The notes under the pieces are model-generated. The model was not told where the DNA came from. It ran no database searches and saw only the letters and a program-made list of their open reading frames with translations. A program made the position numbers and the translations under genes. Shown here piece after piece: positions 10,088 to 19,655 of a stretch of 64,000 nt of DNA. The DNA comes from Planctomycetota bacterium. GTDB lineage: Bacteria; Planctomycetota; PLA2; JAEUHO01. The DNA lies in contig CBDCTJ010000001.1 of assembly GCA_965222115.1 (NCBI GenBank), positions 544,001-608,000 on the forward strand, read 5' to 3'. Position 1 is the first letter of the stretch, and every line of letters starts with the position of its first letter.

Positions 10088-10919
10088 TTCAGCGCGTCGC
10101 GACGCACTCCCCCGCGAGTTACCGCTTACGATTCCCGCGTGGATGCATGCCGCCGCCACCGGCACGTTTCTCTCATCAGATCGCCGCAGCGTTACGCACG
10201 CGCTCATGAACGAGCCCGCACTATTGATTAAGTGGCGCATCCCCAATCCGGCGCACGGATTCAAAAATCGCTGGCGACCGTCGCGCGCCCGACGCGAGGC
10301 GCGCGTGGCCAACGCGCTACTGGCGCATGGCATCGATACACCGCACGCAGTTGCCGCTGCAGAACGCCGACAAGGCCGTGCACTGGTCGCATCCCTGTTC
10401 ATTCGACTGTTTCGATCGGACTGCGTGCCCGTCCTTCAAGCGATCGAGGAAGGGGACGTGGATTCGAATCAGCTCATGGCTTCCCTGCGAGCCTGGCATG
10501 AAACTGGATTTCGACACGGCGACGCCTACCCAAAGAACATGCTTTGGGATCCCGCAAATGCGCAGTTGATGCCGATCGGGTTTCCAGCCGGTCGATTCAC
10601 ACGTGGCGAACGCGCACCCATCGATCGCGCGGCAGCGAAGGACGTCGCCCAGTTGCTCGTTGGACTATGGTTGGCTCGAACGCCGGACATCAGCGCGTCA
10701 CACCTGCCAGAGATGAAGACGCTTTTAGAGACGTCGCTCGGCTCGCGCGAAGACCCATCGTTGTTGTGGAACGCCAGTCAGGCGCGTGTTCAAGCGATCC
10801 TGCGGAAGAAACAAGAACGGCGGCGCACCCGACCTGAGCGAGAGCCCCATGGACCCACGCGACCCCAGCCGCTCGCGCTCGATGGAGGCATTACGGTGGA
10901 CGTACGGGAACTCGATTGA
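10053..10919 (+). CDS. Kdo/WaaP/InaA-family lipopolysaccharide kinase-like protein
   Basis: ORF 9825..10919, probable start 10053 or 10065. Motifs SRARREARVA...GIDTP and HETGFRHGDAYPKNML. Confidence 0.7.
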   Translation: MRHTMKETWWIDSARRDALPRELPLTIPAWMHAAATGTFLSSDRRSVTHALMNEPALLIKWRIPNPAHGFKNRWRPSRARREARVANALLAHGIDTPHAVAAAERRQGRALVASLFIRLFRSDCVPVLQAIEEGDVDSNQLMASLRAWHETGFRHGDAYPKNMLWDPANAQLMPIGFPAGRFTRGERAPIDRAAAKDVAQLLVGLWLARTPDISASHLPEMKTLLETSLGSREDPSLLWNASQARVQAILRKKQERRRTRPEREPHGPTRPQPLALDGGITVDVRELD

Positions 10920-11242
10920 CGCTTCCTGTAGGGGTTTGATAGTGCTTTGTTTGCATTTCTTGGATGAATCAAGCGCCACGATTCGCCAGCCGCGTAGCCC
11001 CAATTGCCAGCTCGATCCGTGGAATCTCGTCCGTGACCTGACGATTTCTCCCACGCCAACTGCACGTGTCACTGTGTGAGAGATAGGCGCGCGGCCTTCG
11101 CGCGGTAGTGTTCTGCCGACCTTGGACCGTCCTCTACAACGTGCAAGACCGAATCGTCTTTGCGCTCGAGCGCAACGCACGGCGCGGACGCTCTCCTGGG
11201 TCCCTACGCAGAGAACTGGGCCGGCAGAACCATTGGGAGGTG

Positions 11243-14038
11243 ATGTCTCACGACATGGCGGCGAAGAAGTCATCCACAAAGCGCACCCCGGAGCAACCAA
11301 GCGGCAAACCGTTGGTGATCGTTGAGTCCCCGGCCAAGGCGCGCACGATCTCCAAGTTCCTCGGCGGTGAGTTTGAAGTCCAAGCGTCGATCGGTCACGT
11401 CCGCGACTTACCCTCACGCAGCGCCGACCTCCCGCCCAATCTCAAGGGCAGCAAGTACGGTCGCCTCGGCGTTGATCTCGACAACAATTTCGAGCCCATC
11501 TATGTCGTGCCATCCGAAAAGCGCGACCAGATCAAAATGCTGCGGGAGCTGCTCAAGGAAGCGCCTGAACTCTTGCTCGCCACCGATGAAGACCGCGAGG
11601 GTGAATCGATCTCGTGGCACCTCATGGAAGTGCTCAAACCCAAGGTGCCCGTCAGGCGATTGGTGTTTCACGAGATCACGAAGTCGGCGATTCAAAAGGC
11701 ACTCGATAATGCGCGTGCGATCGATGACGACTTGGTGCGCGCGCAGGAAAGCCGCCGCATCCTGGATCGCCTGTTTGGTTATGAGATTTCACCGGTGCTG
11801 TGGCGAAAGATTCGGCCACGGCTATCGGCAGGACGCGTACAAAGCGTGGCGCTCCGTCTTTTGGTCGAACGCGAGTTGGCCCGCATGGCCTTCGTTCCCT
11901 CCGAGTATTGGGATTTGGCTGCGGAGATGGCGCCGGCCAAAGACAAGCAGGCAGTCTTCCCGGCCGCCCTGCGCAAGTGGCAGGGCAAACCACTGGCCAC
12001 CGGTAAGGATTTCGATCCCAACACCGGCAAACTCAAAAACGAGAAAGCGGTGGTGCTCACGGAGGCCACCGCGAAGCAACTCGCTGAAGACCTACGAACG
12101 CAGACCGCGCGCGTTGCCGACGTCGAAGAAAAGCCCTACTCGCAGAAGCCGTCGCCGCCGTTTACGACCAGCACGTTGCAGCAAGAAGCGGGTCGCAAAC
12201 TTCGGTTTGGTGCGCAGCGCACCATGCGATTGGCGCAGAAACTCTATGAAAACGGTTGCATCACCTATATGCGAACCGACTCGACCATTTTGTCCGGTGA
12301 AGCCATCGACGCCGCGCGTGAACTCATTGGCCGCCAATACGGCAACGACTACTTGCCCACCAAGCCCCGCACCTACAAGACCAAAGTTAAGAATGCCCAG
12401 GAAGCCCACGAAGCCATTCGGCCGGCGGGTTCGTCGTTCAAGCCGATCGATGCCGTGCGCAAGGAGTTTGGCGCTGACGCGGGCAAGCTCTACGAGCTCA
12501 TTTGGAAACGCACCGTCGCGTCTCAAATGAATGACGCCAAGGGCATGCGTGTGCGCGTGCGCATCGAGATTGGCGAAGCGTTGTTTCACGCCTCCGGCAA
12601 GACGATTACCTTCCCCGGTTTCCAACGCGCCTACGTGGAAGGATCCGACGATCCCCTTGCCGAACTCGCCGATCAGGAGAAAATCCTGCCGCCGCTCGCC
12701 GTGGGCGATGAAGTTCACACAAAGTCGCTGGAGGCCAAGGGACACACCACATTCCCGCCCGCGCGCTTTACCGAGGCCAGCTTGGTCAAGGAACTCGATA
12801 CACGCGGCATTGGACGACCCAGCACCTGGGCGAGCATCATTGCCTTGCTACTCACGCGCGAGTACGCCTTCCGCAAAGGCAGCGCACTCTGCCCGAGCTT
12901 CACGGCGTTCGCCGTCATCAACATGCTCAAACAGAACTTCGGCCAAGTACTTGACTACGACTTCACGGCCAACATGGAAGACGATCTCGACGCCATCTCG
13001 CGCGGCGAACTCGATGGCCGCGAATATCTACGCAAGTTCTACTTGGGCAACGGCACGCCCGGGCTGCAGCAACTCGTGCAAGACGGCATTGACAACGTGG
13101 ATCCGCGCAAGGTGTGTGGCATTGCCCTCGGGGCCACCGACGACGGACGCAAGATCGAGCTGCGCGTGGGCCGCTATGGTTTGTTTGTTACCGATGGCGA
13201 GCACAACGCATCGATTCCTGACGACATCGTGCCCGACGAGCTCGAGCTCAAGCAGGCGATTGAGTTTATCGAAGTTGCTAAGCGCGGTCCGGTACCGCTC
13301 GGCGAAGATCCAGAAACCAAGTTGCCGGTTTACGTGAAGAACGGACGCTTCGGTCCCTACGTCCAACGCGGCGACATGGTTGAGGGAGGCGAAAAACCGA
13401 AGATGGTCAGCCTGCTTGATGGCATGGCGCCCGACGCCGTCGATTTGGCCACAGCGCTGCGCCTCCTGGAGCTTCCTCGCAATCTTGGCCGCCATCCCAA
13501 AGCGCCGGAAGGTGAAGACGATCCCGCGAAAACCGACATATTCGCGCATCTCGGTCGTTACGGCCCCTACATCAAATGGGACGCCGAAACGCGCTCGATT
13601 CCCGCCGACATTTCCATCCTCGACATTACGAATGCACAGGCGGTTGAACTTCTAAGCCAGCCTCGCCGCCGCCGCGGTCAGCGCGCACCGGCCAAGCCAT
13701 TGAAGGAACTGGGCGAACACCCAGAGTCGGGCGCACCCGTAAAGATCTTGCCCGGTCGCTTTGGACCGTACGTCACGGATGGCGACGTAAATGCGAGCGT
13801 GCCCAAGGACATGGAACCGTCAGAGGTGACCATGGACGATGCCATCGTGCTGCTCCAAAAGCGCCGTGAACGCATCAAGGCACAGGGCGGCCGCACGCGA
13901 CGGAAGAAAAAGAAGAAGGCCTCACGGAAGAAGAAAGCCAAAAAGAAGGCCTCCAAGAAACGAACCGCCAAGAAGAAGGCGCGCAAGGCGTCAGGGAAGA
14001 AGAAAAAGAAGGCCGCTCGCAAGAAATCGGCGGACTAA
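11243..14038 (+). CDS. topA: DNA topoisomerase I (type IA) with Toprim C-terminal repeats and Lys-rich tail
   Basis: LVIVESPAKARTI, LATDEDREGESI, SAGRVQS, catalytic ITYMRTD, four GR(Y/F)G repeats. GGAGG lies upstream of ATG 11243 (alternative start 11255). Confidence 0.97.
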   Translation: MSHDMAAKKSSTKRTPEQPSGKPLVIVESPAKARTISKFLGGEFEVQASIGHVRDLPSRSADLPPNLKGSKYGRLGVDLDNNFEPIYVVPSEKRDQIKMLRELLKEAPELLLATDEDREGESISWHLMEVLKPKVPVRRLVFHEITKSAIQKALDNARAIDDDLVRAQESRRILDRLFGYEISPVLWRKIRPRLSAGRVQSVALRLLVERELARMAFVPSEYWDLAAEMAPAKDKQAVFPAALRKWQGKPLATGKDFDPNTGKLKNEKAVVLTEATAKQLAEDLRTQTARVADVEEKPYSQKPSPPFTTSTLQQEAGRKLRFGAQRTMRLAQKLYENGCITYMRTDSTILSGEAIDAARELIGRQYGNDYLPTKPRTYKTKVKNAQEAHEAIRPAGSSFKPIDAVRKEFGADAGKLYELIWKRTVASQMNDAKGMRVRVRIEIGEALFHASGKTITFPGFQRAYVEGSDDPLAELADQEKILPPLAVGDEVHTKSLEAKGHTTFPPARFTEASLVKELDTRGIGRPSTWASIIALLLTREYAFRKGSALCPSFTAFAVINMLKQNFGQVLDYDFTANMEDDLDAISRGELDGREYLRKFYLGNGTPGLQQLVQDGIDNVDPRKVCGIALGATDDGRKIELRVGRYGLFVTDGEHNASIPDDIVPDELELKQAIEFIEVAKRGPVPLGEDPETKLPVYVKNGRFGPYVQRGDMVEGGEKPKMVSLLDGMAPDAVDLATALRLLELPRNLGRHPKAPEGEDDPAKTDIFAHLGRYGPYIKWDAETRSIPADISILDITNAQAVELLSQPRRRRGQRAPAKPLKELGEHPESGAPVKILPGRFGPYVTDGDVNASVPKDMEPSEVTMDDAIVLLQKRRERIKAQGGRTRRKKKKKASRKKKAKKKASKKRTAKKKARKASGKKKKKAARKKSAD

Positions 14039-14144
14039 GAACTCCCGCTCGGCACGCGAGCGCCCGGCCACTTTTTGCCGCGCCTTCGCCCCTCCGGCTA
14101 CCGTACGGTTCACGTCCTACGTTGCCCGATGGAGACCGCCGCAC

Positions 14145-15206
14145 ATGAAGATCGAAGCGATTGAACGCGAAGGCTACGAAAAAATTGCTAAGTGCGAAGA
14201 TCCCGCCTCCGGGCTCCGCGCGGTGATTTCGGTCCACGACACAACGTTGGGACCGGCGCTCGGTGGATTGCGTATGTGGCCCTATGCCTCGTGGGACGAG
14301 GCCGTGTTCGACGTGCTCCGCTTGAGCAAGGGCATGACCTACAAGTCGGCCGTGGCCGACACGGGTCTCGGCGGTGGCAAAAGCGTCATCATCGGCAACC
14401 CAAAGACCGACAAATCTGAAAAACTATTCGAAGCCATGGGCTCGTTTATCGACTCACTGGGCGGAAAGTACATCACCGCCGAAGACGTAGGCACCACGGT
14501 AGACAATATGGTCACGGTGCGCAAGAAGACCAAGTGGGTCACTGGCCTACCGCACGAAATGGAATCAAGCGGTGACCCCTCACCGTGGACCGCACTCGGC
14601 GTCTTTCGTGGCATCAAAGCGTGCCTCGAAGAAGCTGACGGCTCCGACGACTTTGAAGGACGCACCATCGCGATTCAAGGGTGTGGCCACGTGGGTGCGT
14701 TCCTGGCCGACCACCTTGCCAAGGCCGGCGCAAAACTCCTGCTTGCCGACATTTCTCCCGAAAAAGCCGAAGACGTTGCGAAGAAGACCGGTGGCACCGT
14801 TGTTGATCCCGCAAAGATCCTTTCCGTCGAGTGCGACGTGCTTGCACCCTGTGCGCTGGGCGCCGTCGTCAATGACGAAACATTGCCACTCCTCAATACG
14901 AAAATCATCGCAGGTGCCGCCAACAATGTGTTGTTGCGTGAAGAACACGGCCAGCGCCTGCGCGAAGCCGGCATCCTCTATGCACCCGACTACGTCATCA
15001 ATGCCGGCGGCATTATCAATGTGTCCATCGAAGTTGAGCCCACGGGCTACAACGAAGATCGCGCACGGGCCAAGGTGGAGAACATCTACCAAGCCTTGAA
15101 GCGCGTCTTTGAAATCTCCAAGCGCGACGACATTAGCACCAACGAGGCCAGCAATCGCTTGGCCGAGGAACGCCTCAAGCGTCGTCGGGGCGCAGCAACC
15201 CCGTAA
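14145..15206 (+). CDS. Leucine dehydrogenase (Glu/Leu/Phe/Val dehydrogenase family)
   Basis: HDTTLGPALGGLRM, GMTYKSA, GGGKSVI, YITAEDVGT, QGCGHVG, GAANN, YAPDYVINAGG. ATG 14145 is preceded by GGAG. Confidence 0.93.
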   Translation: MKIEAIEREGYEKIAKCEDPASGLRAVISVHDTTLGPALGGLRMWPYASWDEAVFDVLRLSKGMTYKSAVADTGLGGGKSVIIGNPKTDKSEKLFEAMGSFIDSLGGKYITAEDVGTTVDNMVTVRKKTKWVTGLPHEMESSGDPSPWTALGVFRGIKACLEEADGSDDFEGRTIAIQGCGHVGAFLADHLAKAGAKLLLADISPEKAEDVAKKTGGTVVDPAKILSVECDVLAPCALGAVVNDETLPLLNTKIIAGAANNVLLREEHGQRLREAGILYAPDYVINAGGIINVSIEVEPTGYNEDRARAKVENIYQALKRVFEISKRDDISTNEASNRLAEERLKRRRGAATP

Positions 15207-15226
15207 CGCTAAAAGATACGGACGCT

Positions 15227-15472
15227 AGCCCGGACTATTCATGAAGCGCGCGTCGATGAGTCTCGAAGCCCGCGTCCATCTGCCATTCGCCGCCGAAACG
15301 CGGTACCGCTTGGCGTCTACAGTTTGTTCTCGCGAAGGATTCGGAATCAAGGTCGACGCGGTGGTTCTGAGGCGATGCCAAAGGCATCGTCGAACGGTTC
15401 TCCGCAAAGAGATTGGATACGAAGACCAGCGAGAACCGCGCGATTTACGTAAGTTCATGAATAGTCCGGGCT
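15227..15472. mobile_element. 246-bp MITE, copy 1
   Basis: Perfect 19-bp terminal inverted repeats AGCCCGGACTATTCATGAA / TTCATGAATAGTCCGGGCT. A similar same-length copy lies at 38890..39135. No transposase. Confidence 0.88.
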
Positions 15473-15485
15473 TGAGAACGACGGA

Positions 15486-16007
15486 TTACAGATGACGGCT
15501 GGGGTCTTCCCCGAGTCCTTCTTCGCCGGTGGCATCCACGATGGAGCGCGCAATCGTGCGTCCCGCGACGAGCGTGGCCACCACGACTGCGCCGGTCCAC
15601 ACCACCACGGCAAGCTTTACGCCCGTGTGCGTGCAGGGGCCGTTGCTAAGCAATACGCCAATCACTGCGATGATGCCGAGCCGACGTCGCCACGTGATGC
15701 CAAAGGGCCTCAGGCCAAGGCACCCCACAGTTGCGCCAGCGGCAAGCAGTGCCCATGCGAGAGCGAGTAGATGGGGCGTATCGAAGCGCGCGCTATCCCA
15801 GACACCAATGAAACGCGGCCCCCACACAGTCGCAGCCACCGCTGCCATGAAAATGGCGATGAGATCGAGACCCAAGAGCCATCGCAGGCCGGCACTGGCC
15901 GCAACCGGTGCCGCATCGGGATAGACCTTGAAACCGGGGCGTGCCATCGGCTGCATGACGTCATCACACACGGGCGTCAGGGCGCCGCAAGATTTGCCGC
16001 CGATCAA
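15486..16007 (-). CDS. Hypothetical membrane protein (about 4 TM)
   Basis: Several hydrophobic segments; overlaps the dinG stop by 4 nt, suggesting translational coupling. Confidence 0.6.
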   Translation of the reverse strand: MIGGKSCGALTPVCDDVMQPMARPGFKVYPDAAPVAASAGLRWLLGLDLIAIFMAAVAATVWGPRFIGVWDSARFDTPHLLALAWALLAAGATVGCLGLRPFGITWRRRLGIIAVIGVLLSNGPCTHTGVKLAVVVWTGAVVVATLVAGRTIARSIVDATGEEGLGEDPSRHL

Positions 16008-18073
16008 TCGCGATTCCGTTTGGGTGTTATCCGTTCCACCGGGCAGCGCGGCAGACTGTCGAGGAAGATCTGACCATACCGCTTGGTGGCGAGGCGCGAG
16101 TCGAGAATCGTTACCCGGCCCGTATCGACCTTGCTACGAATCAAGCGACCGAATCCCTGCTTCATGCGGATGACCGCCGACGGAAGTGAAAGGGCCTGAA
16201 ACGCACTTTGACCATCGGCTTCAATGCGACGACTTCGCGCTTGCTGCAGTGGATGCGACGGTACGGGAAACGGTAGGCGCGCTATCACCACATGGCGCAA
16301 CGCATCGCCGGGCACGTCCACGCCTTGCCAAAACGACGCGACGCCAAAGAGGACCGCCCCCCCTTCGCGAAACCGTTCCAACAACGCACGCCGGTCGAGG
16401 GACTCGCCCTGCACCAACATGCGCAGCCCCATCGCCTCCACATCATCGCGCACGGCGTCGGCCACGGCGCGCAGGCTGGTGTTGGATGTAAACAGCACAA
16501 GCGTGTCACCATCGGTTGCTTGAATCGATTCAAGTACGGCACTCGGCAGTGCTTCGTGGTACTCCCGCGCTGTGCCCACGGGACTCGGCAAGTCGCCGCG
16601 AATGACCATTTTTGCCTGACTCATGTAATCAAAGGGACTGCCTACCTTGATTTCATGCGCGTTGGTTACGCCCAATCGATTGCGGACGAATGCAAAAGAT
16701 GGCGGCGAACCCACCGTGAGCGTGGCGCTGGTGAGAACGACCGTGGGATACGCCTCCCATAACTGCTCGCGCAATAGGGGCGCTACGTCGATAGGCGCAG
16801 AATGCAGCGCGGGTTGTCCACGCCTACCCGACTCCATCCACCGAACCGCGTTCTTGCCCGAGGGGGCTGACAAGCGTTCCACGTTGCCGGCTAGGTCGCG
16901 CAATGAATCGGCCCGGGCCAGGATTTCCATCACGGTTTCCGTATTGCGCACGGCATTGGCGGCCTTCTTCATGCGCTTGCTCAAGCCCCGCAACGCACCG
17001 CTCAAATCGTCGGGAAGTGTGCATTCGTCGTCGATCACATGCGGACCGCGACGAAGATCCACGGGGGCATCGCGCCCGTCCTCGATGCGATGCACGGCGG
17101 CCTCAAAGTAGGACGTGGTGTCTTGCGCCAACGAAGCCACATCGCGCTTGAGGGTGTCGGCATCCACATGGGCCAAGAGACCGCGCTTGCGCTTTGAGCT
17201 CCAAATGCGACCCAGGTGATAGCGCACGCCACGCGCCGAAAGACGATCCCCGAAATGCTCTGATGCGACGTCGCCCAAGTCGTGGCCTTCATCGATCACA
17301 ACCGCGTCAAGGGCGGGCAAAAACGATGCACCACGCTTGCGCATCGCCAAGTCCGACATCAACACATGGTGATTGACCACCAACAACGCCGCCTCTTGCG
17401 TCTCGCGTCGTCCGCGTTGGTAATGGCACACGTCATAATACGAACATTTCCGTCCCAAGCAGTTGCCGCGTTCGGCGCACACCGCTTCCCACACGGCCGC
17501 GTGCGGGCGAAACGGAACGTCTTGGCGCGTGCCTTCCGTTGTGGTCTTTCCCCACGCAACGATTTGTTTCAGTTGCTCCGTGGCGGTATCGAATTCAAAC
17601 AACGCCTCGGGTTGGTTCGCCGCGCGATGCATCCTTCGCAAGCACAAGTAGTTGTTGCGGCCAATGACCAGCGAGGCTTTGATGTTGAGTCCGAGCGCAT
17701 CAATAAGAAACGGCAAATCTTTCAGTACGAGTTGTTCCTGCAACGCGATCGTACTGGTCGTCACCGCAACCCGGCGCCTTCCCTCGGACGCCCACAGGAG
17801 CAGCGGCACCAAATACCCAAAGGTCTTGCCCACACCGGTACCCGCTTCAATCAGTGCGTGCCCCTCGTCCCACAGCGCGTCGCTCACGACGCGTGCCATT
17901 TCGCGCTGTTGCGGTCGATCCTCGTAACGCTCGGCCTTCAGACCACCCGCGATCGCACCGCCGACGCCCAAAATCTCGTCGAGCGCCGCGTGGCGGGCGG
18001 CGGCGTCGCGGGAGAGGGGCAGGACGGATTTCGGCATTTCGGTCCCAAGGAAAATGAGGCAGTCAGCGCCCAC
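16004..18073 (-). CDS. dinG: ATP-dependent DNA helicase, DinG/YoaA family
   Basis: Q motif RPQQREM, EAGTGVGKT, GRNNYLC with Fe-S cysteines, VIDEGH, LTSATL, FWQGVDVPG, QGFGRLIRS. Confidence 0.93.
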   Translation of the reverse strand: MGADCLIFLGTEMPKSVLPLSRDAAARHAALDEILGVGGAIAGGLKAERYEDRPQQREMARVVSDALWDEGHALIEAGTGVGKTFGYLVPLLLWASEGRRRVAVTTSTIALQEQLVLKDLPFLIDALGLNIKASLVIGRNNYLCLRRMHRAANQPEALFEFDTATEQLKQIVAWGKTTTEGTRQDVPFRPHAAVWEAVCAERGNCLGRKCSYYDVCHYQRGRRETQEAALLVVNHHVLMSDLAMRKRGASFLPALDAVVIDEGHDLGDVASEHFGDRLSARGVRYHLGRIWSSKRKRGLLAHVDADTLKRDVASLAQDTTSYFEAAVHRIEDGRDAPVDLRRGPHVIDDECTLPDDLSGALRGLSKRMKKAANAVRNTETVMEILARADSLRDLAGNVERLSAPSGKNAVRWMESGRRGQPALHSAPIDVAPLLREQLWEAYPTVVLTSATLTVGSPPSFAFVRNRLGVTNAHEIKVGSPFDYMSQAKMVIRGDLPSPVGTAREYHEALPSAVLESIQATDGDTLVLFTSNTSLRAVADAVRDDVEAMGLRMLVQGESLDRRALLERFREGGAVLFGVASFWQGVDVPGDALRHVVIARLPFPVPSHPLQQARSRRIEADGQSAFQALSLPSAVIRMKQGFGRLIRSKVDTGRVTILDSRLATKRYGQIFLDSLPRCPVERITPKRNRD

Positions 18074-18231
18074 AAACGGCGTTCGTCACGGAAGGATCCC
18101 ACACAAGAGCCTCACACGCCTCGATTCTCGGCTGCGCACGCCGCATTCGGTGGCTATCCCACAGCGGATGCTTGTCCCTTTCACGCGAGAAGGGCTATCC
18201 TGTCGGTCTAGCGGAGGAGGACGCAGCCGCC

Positions 18232-18873
18232 ATGAGGACGTATTTCGTCAAGACGCTACCCCTGGGCCTCGCCGTAGGTCTCTCGATTGCGCTGGTCGCG
18301 TGCGCAGCGCCATCGCGCGCCTTCGACACTGGCCAAGTCGGTATCCCGGGATCCTCCGAAACGATTCCCGCCGACATCCCGGCCAACATGGATCGTGGTC
18401 GTTGGATGGTGAACCGCGCCACGAAGGTATGGAAGGTCATGCAGGACCGCGACGGCCAACCGCAGCAACACATCGGCTACGTTCTTGGCAGCCGCTACCG
18501 CCAAATGCGTGGCGGCCCCGAGTTCAAAATGTACAAGGTCACGCGCCTTGACCGCGACGATCAGATAGGCCATGTCGATCAGATGGGCCGGGCCATTCGC
18601 TACGAGCCCAAGCGCAACGGAACCTTTGACGAAGTGCCCGTTGGCAGTTCTTCGCTCGAAGAGAACGTCGGCATGATTTTCGATACCTCAGCACGCGTCA
18701 CCTTGATGCCCACGTCGAAGAACCGCATCGCGTTTGAAGCGTTGGATCTAGACGGTGACGGTTTCCTCCAAGAAAAGGAAACCGAGAAATTCGGGCCGCG
18801 CCTGGACGAAGCCGATCGCAATGGCGACGGCGTGGTGGACTACGAGGAGTTTAAGGACATCGACGTCTTATAA
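18232..18873 (+). CDS. Secreted EF-hand domain protein
   Basis: Signal peptide; EF-hand loops DLDGDGFLQEKE and DRNGDGVVDYEE; GGAGG upstream of ATG 18232. Confidence 0.8.
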   Translation: MRTYFVKTLPLGLAVGLSIALVACAAPSRAFDTGQVGIPGSSETIPADIPANMDRGRWMVNRATKVWKVMQDRDGQPQQHIGYVLGSRYRQMRGGPEFKMYKVTRLDRDDQIGHVDQMGRAIRYEPKRNGTFDEVPVGSSSLEENVGMIFDTSARVTLMPTSKNRIAFEALDLDGDGFLQEKETEKFGPRLDEADRNGDGVVDYEEFKDIDVL

Positions 18874-18962
18874 CGTCTCAACGTACGTTTGGTTGTAACG
18901 TCTCAACGTACGGCCGGATTCACCGCGCACCCTGCATCCAATCGGCATGCATCCAATCGGCA
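18871..18962. repeat. Two pairs of short direct repeats between convergent genes
   Basis: TAACGTCTCAACGTACG at 18871..18887 and 18896..18912. TGCATCCAATCGGCA in tandem at 18933..18947 and 18948..18962. Confidence 0.8.
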
Positions 18963-18993
18963 TACGCGCAATCGAATTGCAATTCGCCGACGC

Positions 18994-19533
18994 CTACTCG
19001 CTGGGCGGTTCAATCACCGGCGCCCAGTCGTCGGCTTGGTTCGTATCGTCGTCGGCATCATCACGTTCGTCATGCACTTCTTGGGGCATATCGCTTGGAT
19101 CCGTGCGAGATGCGCTTCCTGCAGGCGCCTCATGCTTCTCGTGTACGGCGTCGGCCCACAAGAGTTCCAGGTCGTAGTGCGCGCGGTGTTCTTCGTCGAA
19201 CACGTGCAGCACCACATCGACGTAGTCCATACAAATCCAATTGCCGTGGTCCTGGCCCGACATGCTGAGCGGCAAGGCCCGTAGGCCACGCTTCATCTCT
19301 TGTCGCACGTGCGACGCCAAGGCACGGTTCTGTCGCGCGCTGCGTCCTGTGACCAACAACAAGTAGTCGGTGTACTGCACCAACGCGCGCACATCGAGTG
19401 AGACGACGTCGGCGCCGCGCATACCGTGGCACAACGCCACCATGCGCGCGAGAATCTCCTCGCTCGTTGCAGCGTGCGCCACGGAGGTGGACTCCGAAGC
19501 GGTCTCGGTCGATGGTGTGGATTTGGCGTTCAT
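18994..19533 (-). CDS. rsfS: Ribosome silencing factor (Iojap) with acidic C-terminal tail
   Basis: DVVSLDVR..VQYTDYLLLVTGRSARQNRAL and WICMDYVDVVLHVFDEEHRAHYDLELLWADA. Confidence 0.92.
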   Translation of the reverse strand: MNAKSTPSTETASESTSVAHAATSEEILARMVALCHGMRGADVVSLDVRALVQYTDYLLLVTGRSARQNRALASHVRQEMKRGLRALPLSMSGQDHGNWICMDYVDVVLHVFDEEHRAHYDLELLWADAVHEKHEAPAGSASRTDPSDMPQEVHDERDDADDDTNQADDWAPVIEPPSE

Positions 19534-19655
19534 CGGTGGTTTGAACTTTTTGTGTGTGCGAAACCTACAGGGGCAAGCGGGGCAGGGTAGGCGGGGTCCT
19601 CGACGTCCCCAACGAAAGCACCCCCACCGAATGCCGGAACGCTCTCCAGACGCCT

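Noticed and set aside
11322-13337. Long alternative-frame ORFs overlapping topA (also those over dinG and the toxin)
   Set aside because: Typical high-GC shadow ORFs with no recognisable motifs.
15225-15495. Short ORFs within the MITE copies (also 38898..39179)
   Set aside because: Reading frames are not preserved between the two copies.
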